Part shown: one piece after another, positions 1 through 14,095 of the stretch
How positions within the stretch are numbered: the stretch's first letter is position 1
Layout: each line of letters starts with the position of its first letter
NCBI GenBank assembly: GCA_964016885.1
Contig: OZ024745.1
Location: 90,830,001 to 90,894,000 of the forward strand
From: Eledone cirrhosa
Lineage: Eukaryota
Length of the DNA: 64,000 nt
Direction of reading: 5' to 3'
The notes under the pieces: generated by a model
What the model saw: the letters and a program-made list of their open reading frames with translations, nothing else
What the model was told of the DNA's origin: nothing
The model's database searches: none
Translations under genes and position numbers: made by a program

Positions 1-1649
1 TTCACAGTTCATTTATAACGCATATAATGTACCATTTCGTTCAATAAATGATGAAAGGTAGCTTGGCCCATTTTTTTTTAACACGAGTGTAGGTATCAGT
101 CAAATACAACCCAATACACATGAACATGTTCTATGAGGACATCACAACCTAGTCTCAATCACCACCATCAAGTGAATGATACAACATATTTGAACAATTA
201 TTCCTACAATAAAACATTCTCTCTATTCTGAGTGACATACAAACAAAACCTTCACATTTTTTAATAAATGCTGGTTTTTACATAGTTGATGCCATTCCAT
301 GGTAACGAAACATGTATAACATAGCAAAGAATGCATTGTAAAGGTTGGGTTTCCTTTTCAGGACTTAAAACTTCTTCAGCATTGCACAGTTAATAACTTT
401 CTACAGAGCACAAGCACCACTATTCATCCATCACATACATACAAATTCTAATAAAATAGCAGAAAAAAAATAGCCATCTGGCTGTTAGATAGACCTTCAC
501 TACATACATAGACAGATCTTCACTACATATATAGATAGATATTCACTACATAGATAGATATTCACTAGATACATAGATAGATCTTCACATACATACACCT
601 TCCTTGAGTTTCCTCTGCAGCTCTCACTACACTCTCTGTTCCTCTAAACTTACTAATTTGCCCCACTCTCAATTAAACACATTCAATGTAGTTTCTTATC
701 TCATTTCTCCTGCAGTATCTAATCCACTAGACCCTGTACTAAATATTTCCTCTATCCCAAAAGTGCATTCTTATTCAGAAAGCAAAAAACGATCTATTAT
801 TTTCTCTTATTAACTAACTTTCACAAGTTCACACTGATCAACAATTACACTGACCTCACAAAATTGGCTATCATCCAATCATGGGTACAGCCCTTCATCC
901 AAAAACTAAAGAGTAATAATATTTATTAAAAAAATACTTCTTTATAGATGTTCATAGACTGGATAACAATAAGAAGATTATTTTCCTTCTGATAACTACT
1001 ACCAGCTCTAAATTAATTAGATCATGATTGACTATCTCACAATATATCATTATGCAAATTAGTTCTGTTAGGTATAATTTTGTTTACATTTTAATAAGTA
1101 GCCTTCAGCATCATATGAAAGAGGGGAAGGATAGGTCATCTATAATGAGTTGTTAAATAACAACAAAACTATTAATTTAATTCATCAGAATTGAGAGTTC
1201 AATCTCACAAATAAATGTGACACCACTCCCACCATTTTTATTTCAAAATCCAAAGTGATTATATAAGTCCTCTTAAACAAAGTGATCAGAATGGTCAAAT
1301 ATGATTAGCACAATTAAGTGTTTAATTTTGATTGTTGAATGTTAATTTGAAAGATTTTATGTTGAATAAAGTTTCAAATGGTTAGAGTTACTGAAAATAC
1401 TTTTAAGAAAAAGTCAGATGAAGAAATTGAAAGTTTAGATGTGGAACAAAGGCCATGGTAGAAGCAGTATAAGAAACAGAGAGAAGATAACCCTCAACAG
1501 TTTCATAGTAATACTAACTATTTTCACATCTATTTTCATTTTACTGTTTTACATGCATTTGTCCATACTTACATAAGAGAGTCATGGTGGTAATTGTTTT
1601 TTTTTTAAAGATGATTGTTAACCACTCAACTATGGAACAAGCAGGGATA

Positions 1650-1989
1650 TCATCATCATCATCATTTTACGTCCGCTTTTCCCTGCTTGAAAGGGTGGGA
1701 CGAGAACTGATTCTGGCTTGATTTCTACAGCTGGATGCTCTTCCTAACACCAACCTCATTTACAGTGAGTGCTGGGTGCTTTTTTGCCGTGGCACCTCCA
1801 CGACCACTTTACAGTGGAATGATAGGGACTCCAGTCCCTATCACCTCATTTCTACAGCTGAGTAAACTGGAGCAATGTGAAATAAAGTGTCTTGCTCAAG
1901 GAAACAACACATCACCCGGTCTGAGAATTGAACTCACAACCTTTTGATTGCAAGGCCAATGCTCTAACCACTAAGCCATGTGCCTCCAT
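1650..1989 (-). mobile_element. tRNA-derived SINE, family A (CORE-like, (GAT)n tail)
   Basis: A box TGGCTTAGTGG, B box GAGTTCAATTCTC, GAT tail; near-identical to other copies. Confidence 0.85.
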
Positions 1990-2322
1990 ATCTATGACCA
2001 TATAATCAATAATCAAGTCCCATTTTTTATTACAATCTCTTCATACTTCTCCTTATATCATTAAAATGATAATATTCAGGTAATGTCTACTTCATACATA
2101 TTCATTATGTCTACGTAATGTATTCCTTTTTTCTCATTGTCTGTCTGTGTTATTTGTAAATTCTAAAATGTTTTTTATATGCATAAACAACTCAACAGTG
2201 TTCCTTATCAGTTTGTATTATCAATATTTACATATTTTCTGCGTGAGTATAATTTAGACATGTATTTAAGCAAGCCTTTTAGTTTCATTTATTAGCTTGT
2301 TACTCCTACCCTTAAATCTAAC

Positions 2323-2539
2323 TTAACCCTTTACCATTTAAACTAGCCATATCCAGCCAGAATTCTCTCACCTCTTTCTGTTCAAACTGGCTGTAACTTG
2401 CTCATACTGATTTTAAGGTATTGTTCTCAAAACAAATAATATCAAAATCTCGTAGTTTCGATATTATGTAAAATAAAGCCTTTACCACAAAAATACAATA
2501 ATATATATATATAGAGTAATGTAAATGCTAAAGGGTTAA
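2323..2539. mobile_element. piggyBac-like MITE, family 1
   Basis: TTAA-CCCTTTA...TAAAGGG-TTAA ends, ~215 bp. Confidence 0.8.
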
Positions 2540-4016
2540 AGCAGCCCTTAATTACTTTTATCTAGGTTTTCTTTAGCTTTTTTCTCCAGTGATTAACACC
2601 ATTAACATTTTCCATTATCCATTCTAGCTTGATCATAAATAAGTAGTATAACTGCTGTTATATAACTATCCTCTAAGGCCAGTGGCACAATAACATGTAC
2701 CCAACCCACATATAGCCTTAGAAACTTACCAAAAAAATGGCAGGGTTTGGCTAGTTTTTCTCTTTGCTGTGTATAGGCATGGCATGCATGGACCTGTAAC
2801 TCCCGAGGGAGTCATAAGGAGGCTGTATTGACATTTGGGCATTTCTTTTAATCTGGCAGAGCCCGTCTCCTCTCCAGGTCTCTCCAGGTTCTTCCAGACA
2901 AGAATAGCAAGTGAGAAAGAGATACAGAAGAAGAATCGACCCCAGTACTAATCTGGTACTTTTTTATTGACATTGAAAGGATGAAAGGCAAAGTAGACCT
3001 CGGTAGGATTTGAACTCAGAGAACAGATAGCCGAAACAAATACCACAAAGCATTCTATTTGACGTTCTAACGAATCAGCCGTAAAAGATCATAGTACATG
3101 GAAAAACTTTATAAGACATATCCAAGCTTGCCAGTATTTACACTTGTATCAGTGTTCACCCTAGATGGGTTGAGTTGAGCCCAATATGTCTATTCACAAC
3201 ATCACAATCAGAGGCCATACATACACAGTAATTACAGGTGTGCAGCATAGATATTGTCAACTAGGTGTGATTGAAATCACAGCTATCCTATATGTGGGGA
3301 CCAGATATTAATTCAAAATCCGATTTAATCGTGCTGCCTCTCACACCCTCCCCCTCACTGAGTACTCATTCACACCATCTTCTATATGGCTGTGAGACAT
3401 GACCCATGAGAGCAATGGACTTACACAAATTGGAAGTATTTCACCACTTTTGTCTTCAACAAATCCTCTACGTTCGGACATTGGATTTTGTGTCAGACTC
3501 TGAAATTCATTGTTATTGCAGGATTGATTCCTTCCAACAACATCTACTCAACAGTTGATGTATCCAAATTGCATGTGGGGTGAGGGTGGGCAGTGGAGTT
3601 TTATGCGTGGGCAGTTAGGCTGACTGACAGACAAGTTAAGACTGAGCAGATTTACAAAATAGTCAAACTGTACCAACATGGGGAGACAGTCATATGATGA
3701 TGATGATTAAGATATGCTAGATCATCACTCTTAATTTCACAATTTCCACAAAAGCTATCATCCTATTAAACTACACAAACATAAGAAAACAGTATTTAGA
3801 AAAGTATGTTTGATTAGGGAAACAGATTTTTGACAAGAGAATGTCACAACATAGAGAGAACAACTATAAAAAGAATCAGTCAGCAACTTTAATAGTCTCA
3901 CTATGTATATTTAACAAATTATATGATAGATACAGTATAATACTTTTAAAGTTAAGTTACTTGACTACTGACATCAGTTCAAAACTAGTCATAACCACTA
4001 TGTTATGTTCTTTACC

Positions 4017-4362
4017 TTAACTCTTTAGCATTTACATTACTCTATATATATACTAATGTATTTTCAGGGTAAACATTTTATCTCACATAATATGGAATCC
4101 ATGAGATTTTGATATTATTTGTTTTGAGAACAATACCTTAATATCAGTATGAGCGGCCAGTTACAACAAGTTTGAACAAAAAGAGGTGAGAGAATCCTAG
4201 CCGGATACGGCTGGTTTAAGTGCTAAAGGGTTAACCCTTTAGCAATTTTGATATTTATTTTGAGAACAATACCTTAATATCAGTATGAGCAGCCAGTTAC
4301 AGAACAGGAAGAGGTGTGAGAATTCTGGCCGGATATAGCTGGTTTAAATGTTAAGGGGTTAA
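4017..4362. mobile_element. Two adjacent piggyBac-like MITEs sharing the TTAA at 4231
   Basis: Full copy followed by an internally deleted copy. Confidence 0.75.
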
Positions 4363-5307
4363 GGCAACTTGCTTTCCTTCTGTCAGCCTGGCTATGTTCT
4401 GTTGCTCCTACAGTCTCATTGATTGGATACAAATAGAGGGTTTCCAGCTGTAAAGAATTATACTCCAAAATATGGCACAGCTGTGTGACTTAAGGAGTTT
4501 ACTTTGCAACTACATGGCTTCAGATTAGATCCCACTGTGTAGCACCTTAGGCAAGCATCTTCTACCATAGTCTCAGGTCAAGCAAAGCTTTGGAAATATA
4601 ATCTGATACACAGAAACAGAGTAGATAGAAGCCTATTGATGGGACCATTCTTGTTCTTGGATAGTAAACATAGTCTGTGACTCAGTTAAAAACTGCTATC
4701 TGATCATTGGGTACATTTAACAGAATCCATTCTGTTGCAAACATATGAGCCAAGTATCCTATCTATGGTTACCTTCCTCCTATTGGTTATGGAGGTGCTG
4801 AAATGAGTCATGGGTGCAGTATTTTCTCTTCTGACTAAACAATAATAATTGTACTGGCTTGGTTTGTGACAACACATCCAGAAGATAATTCTTAAATTGC
4901 AAAAATAATAAAAATGATAAGCTGTTCAACACTCCAATGGGTATGTGAGAACAATTTTTTAAAAGATTATCACTAATGTGGCCGCATGCTCTAAAACATT
5001 CACAGTCCATGGTCAAGTCCATTAAGCAATAGGAATTTACAACAAAGTTCTCTAAGTTCAATCCCAGCATAAAAACATTGAAAATATGAGAAACAGGACT
5101 CCTGAATATGGTCGAAGATGACTCCAACCAAAATTCTATATGAATAACACTGAGCAGTTAGGTTGATACTCCAAATAAATATTTGCGATTCAGCCTAAAT
5201 GGAAAAACATAATGTTGAACATTTAAGTAATAAACAATTCTTTTCCAACTTTGTTCCATGTTACTTTTACAAATTAGAATGATCAACAAGAGAACAAAAA
5301 TACTCAC

Positions 5308-5472
5308 CCAAAGAAGGTCGTCATGAAAATAAGCTTCATGAAGAGCGACGACATTTTCATGTCGACATTCATAGAGGATGTCTATCTCAACAGTAAAATC
5401 CTCTAGATCCTCTTCAGTCTTTATCTCGACTTGCTTCAAGGCCGCAAATTCTCCAGTTTGTTTATTCTGGGC
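5308..5472 (-). CDS. SLK: Ste20-like kinase, second coding exon (subdomains II-IV)
   Basis: TTTTGTAG| acceptor, 165 nt encoding AQNKQTGEFAALKQVEIKTEEDLEDFTVEIDILYECRHENVVALHEAYFHDDLLW, donor TGG|GTGAGT; in frame with exon 1. The gene continues left of the window. Confidence 0.93.
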
Positions 5473-7028
5473 CTACAAAATAATGTAAGTCATGAGATAT
5501 AGTAACAGAGTAGGAAGATATTAACAACAAAAACATTATTAAGGTTTGATAAAACAGTTCTTAGAGAAATTAGTGTTGAACAGTAAAGTAACAATTGTCA
5601 CCACAACCATTTGTAATTTGATAGCTCTTTTCTCAACGAATTATATGATGGTATAATTGTGGGCTCACAACTGTAAGGTCATGAGTTCAATTCCATGACT
5701 AGTTGGCCAGTTCTATCCTTCAGCAAGGCACTTCATTTTATGTTGCTCCAGCTCAAATGACAAATTAATACCAGCAGCAGCAAGGGGGTTAACCTAATGA
5801 TGGACTGGTGACCAATCCCATCCAGAAAGGAGGCTTGTACTTCAGTTGCTTAAAACCTCATGATGAGCCTCTAGGCTTGAGAAAGACTAACTTTTCCTTT
5901 TTTTGCCAATGAATCTGTTTCGATTATCACTTGGGAGGACTTTATGTGGTAGCAACCATTATAGCAGTAAAATCTTCAAAGGTATTATAACAAAGACTCA
6001 AATTGATATGTACATTATTTACAATGAATTACACACCCCTTTTCTTTACACAGCTTACAAAACATGAGTAATTCTAAATATTAATTAACCCTTTCATTAC
6101 TGTATTTCTAATGAAATACTTTGTATTTTAATTAATTACTGAAGAATTTGGGAAGTATACAAAAATTACAATTTCATTAAGATTATAGAATGTTGTAGTT
6201 TGCTTGAAGCATTGTGTATAGTATATAATGTCGGAAATGATATGTTTAAGAGGGCTAAGACAATGGGAAATAGACAGTAAAATGCAGGCAACGGAAAAGT
6301 TCAGATGTTATTTGTAACATAACAGAATGTTCTCATATAAAATTATGTTGAAAGTGGGACCTATTTAAAATGGATGGTTTTCTTTCATAGATACAGATGT
6401 GCTTTTGGGTGGACTGATATCAAATGAGTTAGAAACGATGGAACCAGCTGAAAGATATGTGTTATTTTAAAAAGTAAGATCTGCATGCTAAACATTTTGG
6501 CTCTTGCATAGATGGGATGTTTTTGTTGGATCAATAGTTTTTACAGTTAGATTACATTTCTAGCATTGACAACCCTAGTAAATGTAAAGTAGGACTGGAT
6601 GTTCAGCTATGAGAATTCCTGGATGCAGACTGTGTCTCACCTAAGAGCATATAGTAATGTTTGAACCCAAGGTCACGTCATCAGTAATATAGTACATTAA
6701 TCACACAACCAATGTTCTCTCTGCTCACACACTAACTTGATTAACATCTAGAAATATTATTCCTTGTAGCCCAATCTAATAGCAAACAAAGGCTCAGTAA
6801 ACCAAACAGCCCAACACTGTTAACCAGGTCAGTGTTTTCTGTGTGTGCTTCATATCACATTTTTAGATGCAGTTTTTATGAACCTCTATATTATCCTCCA
6901 CACTTTCAGTGGAAGCTTACAATATCACACATGTTAATTTTTTATACTTTTTTCATAAGTCATACCCATAGATACTAGGAAGAACATTCAGAAGAAAAAT
7001 AGGGGTGGAGGGAATATATATATATATA

Positions 7029-7415
7029 TGGAGGCACATCGCTTAGTGGTTAGAGCATTGGCCTCGTAATCGAAAGGTTGTGAGTTCAATTCTCAGACCG
7101 GGTGATGTGTTGTTTCCTTGAGCAAGACATTTTATTTCACATTGCTCCAGTTTACACAGCTGAAGAAATGAGATGATAGAACTGGAGTCCCTATCATTCC
7201 ACTGCAAAGTGGACGTGGAGGTGCCACGGCAAAAAAGCACCCAGCCCACACTGTAAAGTGGACGTGTAGGCGCCATGGAAAAAAAGCACCCAGCACTCAC
7301 TGTAAATGAGGTTGGTGTTAGGAAGGGCATGCAGTTGTAGAAATCAAGCCAGCATCAGTTCCCATCCCACCCTTGCAAGCAAGGAAAAGTGGACGTAAAA
7401 TGATGATGATGATGA
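7029..7415 (+). mobile_element. SINE family A
   Basis: Same head, body and tail; two internal ~40-bp repeats. Confidence 0.85.
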
Positions 7416-7431
7416 TATATATGTATATATA

Positions 7432-7755
7432 TATAGTATAAAAATACAAAAAATCAGTGATGCATCTGGACTCAGTTTATTGCGTGTTACAATTTTTTCG
7501 CTGGTAAGTAGCTCGAGACATGATCACTGTATCTGTCCGAAGGAAGCTGCAGCCGTAGAATCTGCCAGATCCATACAGTGATCATGTCTCGAGCTACCTG
7601 CCGGCGATAAAATTGTAACACGCAATAAACTGAGTCCAGATGCATCTCTGATTTTTCGTTTTTTTTATACTATTCACACTCTGCTCTGTATGAATTTGAG
7701 TGCTAATTTTGGCATACCGCCTATGGAAGTACCATAGCTACCATTATACACACGT
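7432..7755 (+). mobile_element. Fold-back element: ~100-bp inverted arms plus 3' tail, between TA tracts
   Basis: 7432-7532 is a near-perfect reverse complement of 7573-7673. Confidence 0.75.
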
Positions 7756-9079
7756 GTGTATATATATATATATATATATATAAACAAAAATGAAATAAAA
7801 AGATGAATCAAAATATTTAGAGTGAGGGGGGGGGGGGGTTAACATTAAGTGGATCATAAGAGATTTTTAATTCTCAAATATTAAGGGATTTAAGAAAAGC
7901 AGAAAGGAGAAAGAGCATGATATATATATAATATACTGGGAACAGATGAGAATAATTCAACATTTTGAGCAGTGGTCTTGTTAAGAACAAAAAAGGAGTA
8001 AAAAAAAATTTAAAAAAAAAAAAAAAGCAGTATTGGTGAATGAACAGGGATGAGCGGAATGAAAGTGGATATTTTATTTAATCAAATTAAACATCCATAT
8101 GGAGCTAGAAAATTATAACAAACTAGGAGACATATTTAATACCCTTTATAATTAAGAAAGAAAAATGAAAGATGGAGAGAGAGAGAGAAAGGAAAGAAAG
8201 AGGACAAAAGGAGGCAAAAAGAGGAAAAATAAGAAAAAGATGAAAACTAGCTAAATGTTTCCTCTGTTGAATTTTTTCTTAGACTCCATGGCCAAAGATC
8301 TTAGAAGTGAATAGACTGATATTTTACAGCCCCTAAAAACAAAAAAACCTGACAGCAGAGGCAGATAAGGGAAAATATATTTAAAGGAGTGGTAATCATT
8401 GTTGTTTCAATGTCTGCTTTCTCTGCTATTTCTAATGAGATACATTGTATTTGAATTAATTAATGTACGATTTGGAGGGATTTCTTCTTCTTCTTCTTCT
8501 TCTTCGTTGCCCAGTTCCTCCTAGGAGGTCATAGAAGTAGAGTCCTAAAGCACACCTTTCAGAAGCAACCGGCTCTAATTGATCCAGCTGGATCACGAAA
8601 CAAGACCAGCCATGTTCATAGATTTATTCAAATCATTCCTTTAACATGGTATTATAACAATAGCGGTGCCCCAGCATGGCCTCAGCCTGTCAGCTGGAAC
8701 ATGTAATAGATTAATAACTTAACAAAAGGTAAAATTATATGTTGAAAAAGGTGTGGGGTTTTTGTTTAAAAAAACCATAAGCAGTTTTTGTTGGGTTAAT
8801 ATCATAAGGGTTAATGAACTATCTTAGTGTCATTGACATAAAAATGATGAATCAATTTTTAGATATGACTATGCAAAATACACTACAATTATTATTAATT
8901 CCAACAGATAAACTAATTAACAAAATTACCAACACATCTCTGTAAACAGCTTAGCTAATTACAACTTATTATAGTAATACAGTAACTATTGTTTTTATCC
9001 ATAAATAAGAAAGTAAATCTAATTTACAAATTTTCCTTCTATCTAAATTATTAGATACATACTTTACTATACTAAACAT

Positions 9080-9308
9080 TTAACCCTTTAGCATTTAAAC
9101 CGGCCATATCAGGCCAAAATTTTATAACTTCTTTCTGTTCAAACTGGCTTCAACTGGCCACTCATACTGATTTTAAGGCATTGTTCTCAAAATAAATAAC
9201 ATCAAAATCACATAGATTCGATATTATGTGAGATGATTATGTAAGCTAAAGCCTTTACCACAAAAATACAATAGTATATATAGAGTAATGTAAATGCTAA
9301 AGGGTTAA
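9080..9308. mobile_element. piggyBac-like MITE, family 1
   Basis: TTAACCCTTTAGCATTTA inverted termini. Confidence 0.82.
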
Positions 9309-9484
9309 ATTGACATAATATATAAGCAAGATAATAATAATATTAAACTTTGCTGCTTTGTTTAGATAGAAGATAAAATTCACTTGAAATATTATACTGA
9401 TGATAAAGAAACACACTATCTTTAGGCTGTTAAACCTTAATATTCCATAAAAACATTTGCAACAGCAGTGACTGAGCAATATAT

Positions 9485-9802
9485 TTAGCTCTATAACTAC
9501 AGACAAGAGGGTGTGTATATATATATACATGTTCTAACTATAGTGACTACAGAAACTATAGACAGGAGGGTATATATATATACATGTTCTAACTATAGTG
9601 ACTACAGAAACTAGACAGGAGGGTGTATATACATGCTCTAACTATAGTGACTATATACATGTAGTGACTATAGAAACTATAGACAGGAGGGTGTATATAT
9701 ATATATACATGTTCTAACTATAGTGACTATAGAAACTATAGACAGGAGGGTGTATATACATGCTTTAACTATAGTGACTATATACATGTTTTAACTATAG
9801 TG
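9485..9802. repeat. Minisatellite, ~50-60-bp unit
   Basis: Repeated AACTATAGTGACTACAGAAACTATAGACAGGAGGGTG(TA)nCATG. Confidence 0.9.
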
Positions 9803-10129
9803 TCTAAAGATAAATACCAAACAACAGGAAGTTGTAGACAAACTTGGAAACTATTTTTAAATGACTATTTCTTAACACTGACACATCACTAAAACCTACA
9901 GCTGTGGATTTGCCTATGGCATATTATTAGTAATAAACTTCTGTAAATTTCCTCCAAGCCTTCCAAATTACACAAGAAATTTATAGATAATTAACAATGA
10001 ACTAAATAGTGTGTTCCATAATCTGTAATCAGATTATGGAATATACTTTTTAATGTAATATTAATTAATTGATTGATTGATTGATTACACTCCCATCAAA
10101 AACACTACTATGCAAATCAGAAAAAACCA

Positions 10130-10380
10130 ACTGTCTCTAAATGGTCCGGATGGATCCCCACACAAGACCAACCATCCGCATGGATGTTATCCAACCATCT
10201 TGCTTGGGGTCTACCCAATGGTTTTTGCCTATAAAATCTGTCCAGCAATCCTTTTCTGAGACATTCTAACGATATGCCCATAGTATCGGAGCTGTGATAT
10301 CTCAATTCGGAAAACTAGTGGCTCTACCTGGAGTGACTCTCTGATGTCCGAGCTTGCAGTGACGGCTCAAATTCATATTG
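10130..10380 (-). mobile_element. RTE-clade LINE 3' fragment
   Basis: KPLGRPQARWLDNI; homologous to 47450-47850 and 40860-41080. Confidence 0.6.
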
Positions 10381-10642
10381 CTTATCATTTACACCTTACT
10401 ATATATTTCAAATGATAGAACATATGTTGTTTAGTGCAACATTAACTGACTACATAGCTGATGAAAGCACTATCATGCAAATCAGACAAATCAACTTAGT
10501 AGAGTCAAACATGACAAACTATAACTCCCTTCCTGGGCAGATTGAGATGGTGATTGATCCCTGATGAAGACTAATCAGTTTTGAAACTAATCAAACTAAT
10601 TCTTTTTCAGTCCATGGAGGGATAAAAAGAAAAACATTTGTT

Positions 10643-11072
10643 CATCATCATCATCATTTTATGTCTGCTTTTCCCTGCTTGCAAAGGTGGGACGGGAACT
10701 GATTCTGGCTTGATTTCTACAGCTGCATGCCCTTCCTAACACCAACCTCATTTACAGTGAGTGCCGGGTGCTTTTTTTCCGTGGCACCTACACGTCCACT
10801 TTACAGTGTGGGCTGGGTGATTTTTTTTTTGCTGTCCACGTCCACTTTACAGTGTGGGCTGGGTGCTTTTTTTTTTGCCGTCCACGTTCACTTTACAGTG
10901 GAACGAAAGGGACTCCAGTCCCTATCATCTCATTTCTACAGCTGAATAAACTGGAGCAATGGGAAATAAAGTGTCTTGCTCAAGGAAACAACACATCACC
11001 CGGTCTGAGAATTGAACTCACAACCTTTCGATTGCAAGGCCAATGCTCTAACCACTAAGCCATGTGCCTCCA
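10643..11072 (-). mobile_element. SINE family A
   Basis: Three internal repeats; probable TSD TGTTCAT. Confidence 0.85.
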
Positions 11073-11507
11073 TGTTCATGTGTATTAATTAGATTAAATG
11101 TAGGCAACAAATTGGCAGAGTAGACAGATCATTGGATAGAATGCTTTGCAGTATTTGTTCCAGGTCTCTTCTCTCTGAGTTCAAATCCTGCCATGGTCAA
11201 CTTTGCTTTTCATCCCTTTGAGGTTGATAAAAAAAAAGTACCAGTCTAGTACTGGGGTCGATTCTTGCTCTATATCTGTTTCTCACTTCCTTTCTCTCTC
11301 ACTCTCTATCCATCTCTGGAAGAAATCTGTTGTGTTCAAACCTGGAGAGAAGATGGGCTCCATCGGGTTTTAAAATGTCCAAGAAACTCCATATGCCACT
11401 ACAGTGCCGCTACGACTCCAACAGGAGTTATGGGACTATCACATAACACATTAGATCAACTATCACTAAGATAACTAAAAATTTCTATTGCTTATCATAC
11501 TATATAG

Positions 11508-11773
11508 CAGTGGTCGTCAAACTTTTTTATACCCCAGACCGGCTTCATGTCGGACAATCTTTATGCAGACCGGTAGTTGCACATATCTGTTATTTAAGTG
11601 CATTTCGATAAAAAGAGCAATTTATTAAAGTAGATGAATATTGAATATTTAAACAAGTCTTTTTAAATTAAAGTCCAATATTCAATTTATCTATTATATA
11701 ATTTTAAACAAGTTAATTATTTCTTTGTGGCCTGGTAGCAAATGATCCGCAGCCCGGTGGTTGGGGACCTCTG
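11508..11773. mobile_element. hAT (Charlie-like) MITE
   Basis: CAGTGGTC...GACCTCTG termini; second copy at 20894-21178. Confidence 0.78.
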
Positions 11774-13694
11774 CTAAATGGTACCAGTTTCAATTGTTTA
11801 TCATACACTATATAATACCACAGTTTCTATTGCTTATCATATGGTATACTACACTACATAAAGAAGATATTGCAAGTAAAGTGACTAAACACAGTTTCAA
11901 CCAATCAACCTTTAGACTACTACCTGAAATATTTAGAACCTAGTGTATAACTCAGCCATAAATATAACAGGAATGATTTGCCAACATACATGCCTATTAT
12001 TGGATTTTTCATGAGTAATACAAAAAGAAAAAAAAGTTGTTAACCTACTTAAAAATCTCATTAAATTTTAAGCTCAAAAAGGATTAATTTGACTTATTAG
12101 GATTTGTTTCAGATGGATGGATGGTTGCATTTACCCTGAGGCTGAATGAATTGAAAATACTATTTATAATTGTTTCTACTTTAGGCACAAGGCCAGCAAT
12201 TACCCAGTGCATTACTGGTACTTTATTTTATCGACCCCGTAAGGATGAAAGGCAAAGTCAACCTCGGCGGGATTTGACTATTTATAATCATCTCTGATAT
12301 GTCTTCAAAATATCTTTGCAAATACATCATTCTTTTACTAAATCTGGTAAATGTTTGTTTTGTCAGAACTGTGAAACTTATTGATATTATCTTTTAATGA
12401 CCATAACCTTAATTCTTTTGATATTAAAATGCATAAAACCAACCCTGATTCTACAATACTAAGTTGTTCATTTTGAACTGTTCATATTTATCTAAAAATT
12501 TCTGCCATAATTTTATGTAAGAATGCTTGTTAAATTATGCATCAACTAGCTTGATAATGAGAAAGTTTGTTATAATATAACACCTTACAAATTCTTAATT
12601 ATTTTCAAAGTGATTTGAATATTACAGACAATGACTTTCATTACAAATATGATAACAAAAAGATTAAAATTAGGAACACTATCGATCTATAAATGAGAAG
12701 CATCTATACAGCCTTGCTTATCTATCACATAAATGACAAACATTCATATGGTCTTGCCTTGATATAGAACAATCTTCCCATGCAACAGAACCAATTTCCT
12801 GTTCCAATGATTGCCAGAAGATCTAAAAATGCAAATGTATTGATACATGTAAAAAAGAAATATATTATGTTTGTTGATATCTGTTATAAATGTCACATCA
12901 TCCTCAAAGTCTTCTGATTGTAACAATAGAAATGTCATTCTTTAACAGATATTTGATTGAGCTGGTCTATATCAAAAGCATTCCATATCTATCACTATCT
13001 AACAGTATGCTGTTTTGTTTTAACCCTTTCAATAACAAACTGCCTGAAATGACCCCAGATTTTATGACACAAAGCTGTTTATTTTAAAATGATCATCATC
13101 ATCATCATTGTTTAACATCTATTTTCCATGCTAGCATGGAAACCTTCCAACATAATTTTATCTAAGAATCTTTGTTAAGTTATCTTCTAAACAGCAGCTT
13201 AATAATGAAAAAGTTAGTTCATCATCATCATCATCTTCGTTTAACATTATATTACTAAATCCCTCCAAATTCTTGACTATTTTCAAACTTAATTGAAAAC
13301 CACAGGTAGTGTCTTTCGTTAGGCATGGTAATGAAAGGGTTATGATGTGGGAGAGTGATTTGGAGAATCTGGCTGCTATGCCACAAGTCAAGTAACCACG
13401 TGGAGGTTTCCTCATGGGAGAGGCTCTGTGTAATAGGGTAGTGGTCAGGTTAATCCCTAAAATAGTATTCAAGTCATAATCATGTAAAAAAATCACCAAA
13501 AATGTAACATTAATTTTTCTATACTGGCAATGGAACAGAATATGTTGATCTATAAAATATAACTTTAAAAGATGCAGCTATATCATCCCAAGTCATATTA
13601 CTGACTTAAATACCCTTGATTAGCATATTTCACTATTGACTGAACTATTATTTTTAATATTTAACTTTAATTTGACAACTGCAAATTGCTGGGA

Positions 13695-14095
13695 GAACTC
13701 TTCAGTTGTGTCAAGAACATGACAACTTCTCTAGTGTTGGTGGTAGGAAGGGCATCCAGTCATAGAAAGCTTGCCAAACAAAGGGTTGGGAGGACCCTTC
13801 AGTTGTTTCAAAGACATGACGAACTTCCTAGTGCTGGTGATCTATAGAATAAACACACCCAATACATGCTATTAAGTAGTTGGTGATAGGAAGGGCATCC
13901 AGTCATAGAAAGCTTGCCAAACAAATGGTTGGGAGGACCCTTCAGTTGTTTCAAGGACATGACAACCTCCCTAGTGTTGGTGCTCTACATCATAAAAGCA
14001 CCCAACCCAGTAAATGCTGTGAAGTGGTTGGTGTTAGGAAGGGTATCCAGCCTTGAAGGGCTTGCCAATCAAAGAGTTGGGAGGACCCTCCGACC
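13695..14095. repeat. Diverged tandem repeat of a SINE-derived unit
   Basis: GGAGGACCCTTCAGTTGTTTCAA..AGGAAGGGCATCCAG repeated three times. Confidence 0.75.

Noticed and set aside
331-388. Minus-strand CUGAAGA...GAAA with partial stems
   Set aside because: Stem II is only 2 bp and there is an extra base at the cleavage junction; no repeat context, so likely chance.
1735-1947. Recurrent ORFs ending LEQCEIKCLAQGNNTSPGLRIELTT
   Set aside because: Antisense translation of SINE family A, not a gene family.
4780-5127. 115-aa ORF next to SLK exon 2
   Set aside because: No kinase subdomain V sequence or clear splice sites; intronic.
7029-7100. tRNA-like sequence
   Set aside because: SINE head with A/B boxes continuing into the SINE body; not a tRNA gene.
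9485-9802. Regular repeats resembling a CRISPR array (also 45865-46346)
   Set aside because: No unique spacers, eukaryotic context and no cas genes; these are minisatellites.
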